From assembly GCA_963775895.1 (NCBI GenBank), contig CAVZKL010000004.1, positions 1 to 10,592 of the forward strand: a stretch of DNA of 10,592 nt, written 5' to 3'. Made by a program: the position numbers and the translations under genes. Position 1 is the stretch's first letter; each line of letters opens with the position of its first letter. Shown piece by piece: positions 1 through 7,207 of the stretch. The notes beneath the pieces were generated by a model. The model was given only the letters and a program-made list of their open reading frames with translations, did not search any database and had not been told where the DNA came from. This DNA comes from Candidatus Bathyarchaeota archaeon. Its GTDB lineage: Archaea > Thermoproteota > Bathyarchaeia > Bathyarchaeales > Bathycorpusculaceae.

Positions 1-9
1 CGAGCCAGT

Positions 10-1281
10 TTAAGAATAACTCCATTTAACGCGTAGGACTTTTCTGTAGGCTATGACCGCTAGAAGTGTTACCACCATGAACAGCGCAGGGACCAAAAAT
101 AGCGGAAATTCTGATACAGCACTCTGGACACCAAAAGCATAGATCTTGTGGTCGTTTGAGCCCACGAACACCAAGCCATCGGCGACGGCGGGGGAGGACT
201 CTATTTCGTTGCCAGTTTTGTAGCTCCACACCAAGGCGCCAGTAATAGCATCGAAAGCATAGACGCTGTGGTCGTAGGAGCCGATGAAGACCTTACCGTC
301 AGCGACGGCCGGAGAAGATTCCACGTGACCTCCTGTTGTGGAGTTCCATATCAGTGCACCCGTTGAAGCATCGAAAGCGTAGACACAATTGTCAAATGAG
401 CCAATGAAGACTCTACCGTCAGCCACCCCAGGGGTAGACCACACAGAACCTCCAGTCGCATACCTCCAAACGAGAGACCCAGTGGAAGCGTTCAGAGCGT
501 ATAAGTTGTCGTCGTTTGAGCCCACGTATACCCTGCCGTCGACAACTGTTGGAGAAGACCACACGTAATAGCCGGTCGTGTAAATCCACTTGATTGCCCC
601 AGTGGAAGCGTTCAGGGCGTAGACTTTATGGTCGTTTGAGCCAATGAAAACTGTGCCGTAGGCAACGGCTGGAGAAGAGTGCACCTGATTGGCGGTCGTG
701 TAGTTCCATACGGATGTTCCCGTGGAGGCGTTCAAGGCGTACACTTTGTAGTCGTTTGAGCCTAAGAATACCAAACCTTCGGCGATGGCTGGAGAAGAGT
801 GCATCTCGTCGCCTGTAGTGTAGTTCCATATTGGAGCACCGGTCGACGCGTTCAAGGCGTAGACTCTGGTGTCCCGTGAGCTTATGTAGAGTATGCCTTC
901 AGCTATCGCTGGAGAGGGCCAAACATCATACGCTGTCGTATAGTTCCATACAAGAACGCCGGTGGACGCGTTGAAAGCGTACACCTTATGGTCATTTGAA
1001 CCGACGTAAAGTATGCCTCCGGCCATGGCAGGGGAAGACCACACCTCGTCGCCGGTTGTGTACGTCCATGCAGTTCGGTTCGTGTTTGGCGTCGTTGAAG
1101 TTGAATAACCAGCATGTGCTAGGTCATGGTGAAACATCGGCCACCAGTCTTGGTTGAGCTGTGTCTGAGAAAACCCGGTGCTACTGCGAGGATTGACTCG
1201 TGCCTGAGAAGAACTGATGAGAAGAGTCGAGGCCAGTAACAGCAAGACTGTGACGCAAATGGCAGTTCTCCCTCTCTTCAT
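10..1281 (-). CDS. Secreted, membrane-anchored PQQ-like (BamB-type) beta-propeller repeat protein with PEF-CTERM-like C-terminal sorting signal
   Basis: Signal peptide MKRGRTAICVTVLLLLASTLLISSSQA. WPMFHHDLAHAG N-terminal motif typical of PQQ-like propellers. Eight 40-aa repeats W.YTTG..V.SSPA...G.V.iGS.D..VYA.NASTG. C-terminal VSEFP + hydrophobic helix + RK. ATG at 1281 (purine-rich upstream, directly before the signal peptide) is preferred over the ORF-track start at 1320. Confidence 0.9.
   Translation of the reverse strand: MKRGRTAICVTVLLLLASTLLISSSQARVNPRSSTGFSQTQLNQDWWPMFHHDLAHAGYSTSTTPNTNRTAWTYTTGDEVWSSPAMAGGILYVGSNDHKVYAFNASTGVLVWNYTTAYDVWPSPAIAEGILYISSRDTRVYALNASTGAPIWNYTTGDEMHSSPAIAEGLVFLGSNDYKVYALNASTGTSVWNYTTANQVHSSPAVAYGTVFIGSNDHKVYALNASTGAIKWIYTTGYYVWSSPTVVDGRVYVGSNDDNLYALNASTGSLVWRYATGGSVWSTPGVADGRVFIGSFDNCVYAFDASTGALIWNSTTGGHVESSPAVADGKVFIGSYDHSVYAFDAITGALVWSYKTGNEIESSPAVADGLVFVGSNDHKIYAFGVQSAVSEFPLFLVPALFMVVTLLAVIAYRKVLRVKWSYS
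135..1070 (-). repeat. Intragenic tandem repeat, 8 x 120 bp (propeller blades)
   Basis: gtcgtttgagcc-like motif recurs at 151, 271, 391, 511, 631, 751, 871 and 991, an exact 120-nt period. Boundaries are approximate. Confidence 0.9.
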
Positions 1282-1449
1282 CTTCTGAACTCTTCCTTCT
1301 TTCCGTCGGCTGAAGAACATGCTTCAGACAATAAGCGAAACCAGACCGTGTGCACTAATAACGCTTGTGATCGCTCAAATAGGGTAAATGGACACTACTT
1401 GGCATCCTGTTGATCACAGTAACTCACAAGCGCACTTTCAGGCGCTATT

Positions 1450-1559
1450 CAGCATGCGCTCCGTGAACATCCTGCACCGGGCATATTTGGATCCTAATAT
1501 TCATGATACATCGAAACCGAGGAGGGGAGGGTACACAATAAGCCTTTTTTCAGCGAATA
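1450..1559 (+). repeat. Non-coding element, copy 1 (inverted relative to 7883-7991)
   Basis: Hand alignment of 1466-1559 with the reverse complement of 7883-7975 gives 88/94 identities, including a perfect 38-bp block aacatcctgcaccgggcatatttggatcctaatattca. Weaker similarity extends to ~1450. Confidence 0.95.
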
Positions 1560-1595
1560 GACCGCACGTTCTCGACAGCCCATGACACGTGCACC

Positions 1596-1603
1596 GTTAA
1601 ATA
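1596..1603 (+). promoter_or_regulatory. Putative archaeal TATA box for alaX
   Basis: gTTAAATA ending 33 nt upstream of the ATG at 1637. Confidence 0.5.
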
Positions 1604-1636
1604 CAACAAACCCCTTGACTCTCATCCTGATAACGA

Positions 1637-2344
1637 ATGACAAAAACCCTCTACCTAGAAGACAGCTACCAAAAAGAATGCGACAGCACCGTCCTCTCAG
1701 TCAAAGACGAAAAATACGTCGTCCTAGACCAAACCATTTTCTACCCAAAAGGCGGCGGCCAACCCCACGACACCGGAAAAATCACCAAACAAAACGAAAC
1801 CTACAACGTAGTCTACGTCGGCAAATTCCAAGGCGAAATCTCACACGAAGTCGACCACCCCGGCCTCAAACAAGGAGACAAAGTCCACTGCCAACTCGAC
1901 TGGAACCGAAGATACAAGCTGATGCGAAGCCACACCGCAGCCCACGTCTTCGCCTCCCTCCTCTGCACCGGAGTCGGCGTACTCGTAACCGGCAACCAAC
2001 TCGAAGAAGACAAAGTTCGCTTCGACTTCAGCCTAGAAAAATTCGACCGCCAAACCCTCGAACAATACATCAACAAAGCAAACGAACTGTTCAAAAAAGA
2101 CATCCCCGTAAAATGGTACGAACTCCCCAGAGACGAAGCACTAAAAATCCCCGGTCTCATAAAGATGGCCGAAGCCTTCCCCCCCAACCTACCCCGCCTC
2201 AGAGTCGTAGAAATAGTCGGCGTCGACAAGCAGGCCGACGGAGGAACACACGTCAGAAACCTGAAAGAAGTCGGACAGATAAAACTCCTCAAGACCGAAA
2301 ACAAAGGCAAAACTAACAGAAGAGTCTACTTCACCCTCTCATGA
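1637..2344 (+). CDS. alaX: Alanyl-tRNA editing protein AlaX-M (free-standing AlaRS editing domain)
   Basis: 235 aa. LYLEDSY and LDQTIFYPKGGGQPHDTG glycine-rich N-terminal motif, HTAAH (HxxxH) and DGGTH (CxxxH-equivalent) metal motifs. Confidence 0.93.
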   Translation: MTKTLYLEDSYQKECDSTVLSVKDEKYVVLDQTIFYPKGGGQPHDTGKITKQNETYNVVYVGKFQGEISHEVDHPGLKQGDKVHCQLDWNRRYKLMRSHTAAHVFASLLCTGVGVLVTGNQLEEDKVRFDFSLEKFDRQTLEQYINKANELFKKDIPVKWYELPRDEALKIPGLIKMAEAFPPNLPRLRVVEIVGVDKQADGGTHVRNLKEVGQIKLLKTENKGKTNRRVYFTLS

Positions 2345-2382
2345 ACCTCAAAGACCACGGACACACAAACATTGATTTCTAC

Positions 2383-3735
2383 TCAGATGTCGTTCTTCAA
2401 CAGTCTCGCGACAAAGAACCCGTTACACTCGTCAAGATGAGGATAGAGCCTACGACACTTCTCCAAACCCCTCAGTCCAGCCGAACCCATTCTCTGCGGT
2501 ATTTCGCCAAGCGAAAACTCCAGATGCCATTTCAAGAACCTTTCAATAACCATCTCGTTCTCCTCCACCGTCACACTGCACGTAGAATAGATCAACGAGC
2601 CTCCCGTCTTCACTCTGTCCGCGCAGTTGTTCAGCATTTGCCACTGAACCCCAGCCATTCGCTCCACAGATCTGGGACTAATCCGCCACTTGGCCGAAGG
2701 CACCTTTCCAAACGTGCCCGTACCCGTGCACGGTGGATCCAAAACCACGACGTCTGCCTCTCCTGTGAAAGGCAACGGCGCCCGCGCATCCGCAACGATC
2801 GGTTCGGCGATCTCAACACCCAGGCGAGCGATCTGACTCTTCCAAACGGTGATCCTGCGCCTCGAGTAATCCACGGAGAGGATGCTGCCGCGGTTCTGCA
2901 TCAACTGAGCCAGAAAGGTGGTCTTTGCACCAGGGGCCGCACAGACATCCAGAACAGTCATTCCAGGCTGCGGGTTTGCAGCCTCCACCATGAAGCAGCT
3001 TCCCTTGTCTTGAACATAGATCAGGCCCTCCTTGAAACACGACGTTCTCGTCACGGGTTGCCTTGAAGCCACTACCCTGTAGGTGCAACTCAACTGCTCA
3101 ACCTTCTCAAGCCTGACACCCTCTTCAACGAGTCTTTCAAGAATCTTTCCTTCCCCAGCCTTGAGCGCGTTCAGTCTGAGATAAGTTGGCGGTGGCCGCA
3201 CATCCGCTTCCAGCATGGCGATCGTCTCGTTTCTACCGAACAACTTGAAGCAGTAGCTCACAAACCACGCCGGATGAAAAGTCTCAAGCCCAACCCGCTC
3301 CTCGTCACCCAGCCCCGCGAACACCGTTTCGCGCCGCCGAGTCAGCAGCACGCCCAGGAACGGTTCAATATCGGTCAGCGTTTTCCATCCTAGAATGCTG
3401 CGTGCCATCTTGGCCGCACTCTCAGCTTCCCTGAGATTTGGCTCAGACCAGTTCCTGGCGATTCGAGTTTGATAGACGTAAAGCCGAAGGAACGCCTGCA
3501 CGCCCAAACTGTATTCGTCAATCGTTCCGGGTTTCATGACTTCATTTACGAATCTGTCTATGAAGTTCTGCCGGCGAACCGTCTCAGAAACAAGCCTGTG
3601 AGCAAACCTCAGAGAATCATAGTCTTCTATGCCCAGCTGCTTAACTGTTCTCGCGAAGGCGAGAGGCTCACTCAACCTGCGCATTTCCATCCAGCTCAGA
3701 GTTTCAATCGCAAGCGTCCAAGCTTCTTTCAGCAA
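2383..3735 (-). CDS. RsmB/NOP2/Fmu-family RNA (cytosine-C5) methyltransferase with N-terminal NusB-like helical region
   Basis: 450 aa. VQD motif, LDVCAAPGAKT (motif I), LDPPCTGTG (motif IV Cys), YSTCS (motif VI catalytic Cys), ENE and GFFVARL. TTG start. Confidence 0.92.
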   Translation of the reverse strand: MLKEAWTLAIETLSWMEMRRLSEPLAFARTVKQLGIEDYDSLRFAHRLVSETVRRQNFIDRFVNEVMKPGTIDEYSLGVQAFLRLYVYQTRIARNWSEPNLREAESAAKMARSILGWKTLTDIEPFLGVLLTRRRETVFAGLGDEERVGLETFHPAWFVSYCFKLFGRNETIAMLEADVRPPPTYLRLNALKAGEGKILERLVEEGVRLEKVEQLSCTYRVVASRQPVTRTSCFKEGLIYVQDKGSCFMVEAANPQPGMTVLDVCAAPGAKTTFLAQLMQNRGSILSVDYSRRRITVWKSQIARLGVEIAEPIVADARAPLPFTGEADVVVLDPPCTGTGTFGKVPSAKWRISPRSVERMAGVQWQMLNNCADRVKTGGSLIYSTCSVTVEENEMVIERFLKWHLEFSLGEIPQRMGSAGLRGLEKCRRLYPHLDECNGFFVARLLKNDI

Positions 3736-3855
3736 ACACGTTCACACCGATGACAGAGACAAGATCGTGAATAAAAGGAGCGCGTCAATGAAAGACGCAA
3801 TACAATTTCATTGATCGAACAAGCCGACAGCCACCAGTCAGTCTCGCGCGGTGCA

Positions 3856-3868
3856 AAAACATTTAATT
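3856..3868 (+). promoter_or_regulatory. Putative BRE/TATA for the zinc-ribbon gene
   Basis: AAAACATTTAATT ~35 nt upstream of TTG 3904, with a GAGGA-like RBS just before the start. Confidence 0.4.
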
Positions 3869-3903
3869 TCGAACCGACCATATCCACAGAAGAGGAACTG
3901 AAG

Positions 3904-4251
3904 TTGTCTGAAGTCGCGAAGATCGCACTACTGCAAGAAGTCATGAGGGAAGCAAAACGAAATGAAAGAAGCGGCCTAGTGGTATGCATCATCGGCGTCA
4001 TCGTCGCAGTCGCCGGATTCTCGACTTCTTCGCTGGCGGGCAACTCGATCAACCTTGGCGTCATCGGGGTCGCCGTTGCCGCGGTAGGATTCGTCGTTTA
4101 CCTCTACTACGCCCGCGTCTACCTCAGATTCGTGGGGCAGTTGGCGTCAATGGTCTCCAAAACCGCGTCACCGTGCCCAAAGTGCGGGAAGCCACTGCCA
4201 GAAGGCGACTTCGCTTACTGCCCGTTCTGCGGAACGCCGCTAAAGTCTTGA
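3904..4251 (+). CDS. Small two-TM membrane protein with C-terminal zinc ribbon
   Basis: Two hydrophobic segments followed by CPKC-x10-CPFCG. The TTG at 3904 (MSEVAKIALLQE...) is preferred over 3811 because TATA- and RBS-like motifs lie between the two starts. Confidence 0.75.
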   Translation: MSEVAKIALLQEVMREAKRNERSGLVVCIIGVIVAVAGFSTSSLAGNSINLGVIGVAVAAVGFVVYLYYARVYLRFVGQLASMVSKTASPCPKCGKPLPEGDFAYCPFCGTPLKS

Positions 4252-4319
4252 ACCCATCTCAAGACATCAACATCTCAACACTTCACACATCGGATCTCCA
4301 GAAAAGCAACGTGTCAAGT

Positions 4320-4877
4320 TCACTTTTTCTGTCCGAGCGGCTCTTGCCCCTCTACTCTAACGATCGGTCTCGACATAACCTCCCTTATCCGCGCAGCAAC
4401 GTTCAGCGGGTAGTGAACCCTCGTCATCACCAAGCCCTTCTCCTCTTCACTCTGCGTGCGAATGACTATGTTTCCAGAATTCAGTATCCTGTCCGAAACG
4501 GATCTTACCACTTCCAAGTCCGAAAAACCGGAAGGCGAGATCATTTCCGATTTGGAGGTCAAGATCCCGAACCTCAACTCCAAACTATCGTCCCTTAGAA
4601 CATAGGTGCTCGAAGCCCTCACCAACGCCAAGTGCAACAAACTGAACACCCAGATCAACAGGAACACCAAAGCCGTCCACGACACCAATTGCATACTTGA
4701 GAACTTCAGACTTGAAAAGCGTCTGCTAAACATGTCTGCTAAATCGTAAGCCAATTCGAACCAGGAAACAACCACGGCAACCACGAAAACCACTACAGTT
4801 CTGACCACGACGCCTGGAACTATCCACGGTTTGCCCTTCCACAACACCGAACGAGATTTTCCAGAACCCTGCGTCAA
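4320..4877 (-). CDS. Membrane protein with bacterial-type PH domain (bPH_2/YdbS-like)
   Basis: LWKGKP N-terminus, two TM segments, then Y.L....LE.R.GIL ... V.RS..DRIL.SGNI.I.T pattern characteristic of bPH_2 domains. Confidence 0.75.
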   Translation of the reverse strand: MTQGSGKSRSVLWKGKPWIVPGVVVRTVVVFVVAVVVSWFELAYDLADMFSRRFSSLKFSSMQLVSWTALVFLLIWVFSLLHLALVRASSTYVLRDDSLELRFGILTSKSEMISPSGFSDLEVVRSVSDRILNSGNIVIRTQSEEEKGLVMTRVHYPLNVAARIREVMSRPIVRVEGQEPLGQKK

Positions 4878-4912
4878 AGTCAGAGACCCAGAGCGCAGTA
4901 TATCGAGTTAAC

Positions 4913-4920
4913 TATTTAAA
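4913..4920 (-). promoter_or_regulatory. Archaeal TATA box for the PH-domain gene
   Basis: Consensus TTTAAATA on the - strand ~35 nt upstream of the start at 4877. Confidence 0.6.
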
Positions 4921-4956
4921 CCATCAGAACTCGTCCTACGTTGTACCGTGTTTTCT

Positions 4957-6432
4957 CTAGAGAATCGGAAGAGAATCTATCCTGTAGCGGTTCATGGTTT
5001 CCTTGAGCACGTTTCTTAAGTCATTTTCAACGTCAGTCGGCAAAGGTTCGGGAACGTGCTCTTTCAGCACACGGTCGACGGTTTCTCTGGCTCTGGTTAC
5101 GATGTCCTTCGATCCTTGCTTTCTCTCAGCCTCCAGAGTCAACCTGTCAATCACGTCAGAGGGCATGAAACGTTCCTTCTCCAACCACTCCCGCGTGTGT
5201 TTCTCTCCGAGATAATGACCGCCAGGACCAACCTTGCTTATCACGTCATACGCAAACGTTTCGCTGTTGACGGTTACTCCGTCAGCAAGCCTCAGGGCCA
5301 TTCCGCAGATTTCATTGTCGATGACCAGTTTTTCGAGCGATTGGCAGTTCTCAAATATGAGCATTCCTGGTCCAGAAACCACGTTTATGCCCGCTAGGAC
5401 GGCAAGTAATATTCCTGCGCTGGTTTCGATTCCGCTTTGCGCGTCAACGGCCTTAGAGTCGCTCAGCCCGAGATACGCGTGAGATGGCACGTCGTACCAT
5501 TTGGCAACTTGAGCAGCAGCACATGCCACGATCATGTTTTCGATCGATCCGAGACATGATGAAAGACGTTTCATGTCGAACGTCGTCGGGGAACCTCCGT
5601 AGATGACGGGTGCTCCAGGTCTTGTGAGCTGAGAAATGACCACGCCGCTCAGAAACTCCGCATTGGACTGCACAAGAGTTCCTGCCAGCGTTATTGGACT
5701 TGTTGCACCCATCTGTGGTGCTGGTATGATTTCAGCGGGGATTTCGTACCTTGCGCAATCGATGAGGTTCTGGCAGGCAATGTCGCTCCACACGAGCGGA
5801 GAAGACGGGCACACGTCAAAAATGGCCATCGGTCTATTCACCAACTTGTTCTCTCCGCCAGCAACGGTCTCCAGCAACTGTTTCATGTCGGTCAATCCTT
5901 TCTTCGTGAACGCGCCCGTTATGATGCCCTTTGTCGAGTTTTTCAGCACGAGATAGAGACGGTACAGGTCGCTCACTTCGTTGGGAACTTCGGAGGGCAC
6001 CATGGCTGTGCTTTGGGCGTGAATGTGCTTGAGTGCATCGACCAGTTTCACCAAGTCCACTAGGTCTTTCGAAACCGGTTGCCTCGTCTCGCCCGTTATG
6101 TGGTCAATGAAGTATGTTGCGCTGGATCCGGGGTTGAAAATAACGTTGTCTTTGCCGATTATCTGTTCGTGCTTTCCGTTTCGGTCATACAGTCTCAAAG
6201 TCGACGGTGTTTTGTCGAGACACTCCTTAACTAGGTTTTGAGGTATGTGTACGATTTTTCTGTCAGGATCAACCTCGCAACCAGCTTTCTTGAGCGAAAG
6301 TATGGCTTCATCGTTTTTTACGTTGACACCTACTTTTTCCAGGATTGTTAACGAATTGTTGTGAAGGTCTTCGATGTCGTGTGTGGAAAGCAATTGGAGC
6401 AATCGTCTTTTGGAACGGGAGAACTGGCTCAC
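4957..6432 (-). CDS. mttB: Trimethylamine methyltransferase (MttB/MtgB) superfamily protein, non-pyrrolysine
   Basis: 491 aa. IxDLHxxSLxILEKVGV start, SPL, GATSPITLAGTLVQSNAEFLSG, QLTRPGAPVIYG, SDSKAVDAQSGIE, EKLVIDNE and VGPGGHYL motifs. GTG start with a GGGATGA RBS. Confidence 0.92.
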   Translation of the reverse strand: MSQFSRSKRRLLQLLSTHDIEDLHNNSLTILEKVGVNVKNDEAILSLKKAGCEVDPDRKIVHIPQNLVKECLDKTPSTLRLYDRNGKHEQIIGKDNVIFNPGSSATYFIDHITGETRQPVSKDLVDLVKLVDALKHIHAQSTAMVPSEVPNEVSDLYRLYLVLKNSTKGIITGAFTKKGLTDMKQLLETVAGGENKLVNRPMAIFDVCPSSPLVWSDIACQNLIDCARYEIPAEIIPAPQMGATSPITLAGTLVQSNAEFLSGVVISQLTRPGAPVIYGGSPTTFDMKRLSSCLGSIENMIVACAAAQVAKWYDVPSHAYLGLSDSKAVDAQSGIETSAGILLAVLAGINVVSGPGMLIFENCQSLEKLVIDNEICGMALRLADGVTVNSETFAYDVISKVGPGGHYLGEKHTREWLEKERFMPSDVIDRLTLEAERKQGSKDIVTRARETVDRVLKEHVPEPLPTDVENDLRNVLKETMNRYRIDSLPIL

Positions 6433-6473
6433 TTGTCATCCCTTGCCTGTCTAGAGTTTATTATTCCTTGACG

Positions 6474-6483
6474 ATTAAGCTTT
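6474..6483 (-). promoter_or_regulatory. Putative BRE/TATA-like motif for mttB
   Basis: AAAGCTTAAT on the - strand ~40 nt upstream of GTG 6432. Confidence 0.35.
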
Positions 6484-6578
6484 AGCGTATTATTCACGTG
6501 GAAAGCGCGCAGACTGTTTTTCGGTAGGCAGGCTTCATAAATCTAATAAAAGACGGCCAGCAGATTTGGAGGAGAGAA

Positions 6579-6996
6579 TTGGCGATGAAGATTCTTCGTA
6601 GGCAAAGGTCTGCGTTTGCGCTCAGCTTGATGTTGTGTTTGTTAGGCGTGGCTGCGCTTTTGGTTACGCTGTGGAAGACTTGGCCTCAGGTTTCGTCGGT
6701 CAAGGATCCTTTTTCAACTTTTTTGGGGCTTCTGTGGACGGAGAAGCTGGTGAGTTTTTCCTGGCGTTGAGTTTAGCCTGATATTTCTTGTCATCTTGGG
6801 TGATGCGATGTTGGTTTTAGGGGTCGTGGTCTATGCTTTGAGCGTGCAATGGTTCTATTTGCCTGGGAAGACTGTGTGGTTTCGGTGTCCTTTCTGTAAC
6901 AAGGAGTGGAGATCGACCGGGGACAAAGCGCTGGTGCATTGTCCTCATTGTCGGCAGCTGGTTCACCCGGTCATGATAGAAAAGCCTTCTTATTAG
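6579..6996 (+). pseudogene. Membrane protein with C-terminal CxxC-CxxC zinc finger, split by an apparent +1 frameshift near 6750-6760 (pseudogene or sequencing error)
   Basis: ORF 6579-6770 has a GGAGG RBS and a TM helix. The frame of 6796-6996 stays open back to 6754 (VFPGVEFSLIFLVILGD...) and ends with CPFC...CPHC. Removing one base from the T-run at 6755-6759 gives one ~138-aa protein. Confidence 0.7.
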
Positions 6997-7103
6997 CCTG
7001 GGCAAAACAGAAGTGCGTTATCGACTTAGCAGGGTGCGTCTTGTTTTGCTTGCAACGCTGGCGGTCTGAAGGTTTAAGTTGGTTTGCCCGCATAAACTGG
7101 CGC

Positions 7104-7205
7104 ATGAGTCTTGAAATAGTGGTTCTTGGCAAGAACGGTGTTGAAGGTCTGTTAGAGGTTTACAGTTCGCCGGAGCGCGCGAGTGTGCTTGCAGGGAGGG
7201 GTTAG
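7104..7205 (+). CDS. Possible 33-aa small ORF or gene remnant (MSLEIVVLGKNGVEGLLEVYSSPERASVLAGRG)
   Basis: ATG ~25 nt after a TATA-like aggTTTAAG (~7070-7079). It ends 2 nt before the methyltransferase start. No recognisable domain. Confidence 0.3.
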   Translation: MSLEIVVLGKNGVEGLLEVYSSPERASVLAGRG

Positions 7206-7207
7206 TC

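Noticed and set aside
135-1070. Periodic repeats considered as a CRISPR array or DGR template/variable repeats
   Set aside because: They are in-frame 120-bp coding repeats without unique spacers. No cas or reverse transcriptase gene is present, and I saw no non-coding template copy.
1388-1585. 65-aa ORF running through repeat copy 1
   Set aside because: Copy 2 has a 1-bp indel relative to copy 1 and no equivalent ORF in the track, so the element is unlikely to be coding.
1582-2316. 244-aa Arg/Pro-rich ORF overlapping alaX, and the antisense ORF 1813-2310
   Set aside because: Shadow frames with no domain motifs, most simply explained by the extreme codon bias of alaX suppressing out-of-frame stops.
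2341-3066. 241-aa + strand ORF
   Set aside because: Antisense to the well-supported RsmB-family gene and has no recognisable motifs.
3984-4598. 204-aa + strand ORF, and 3729-4064 on the - strand
   Set aside because: They overlap better-supported genes in other frames and have low-complexity, non-protein-like composition.
5464-5466. Pyrrolysine (amber) recoding in mttB
   Set aside because: The codon is CTG (Leu) and the ORF is uninterrupted.
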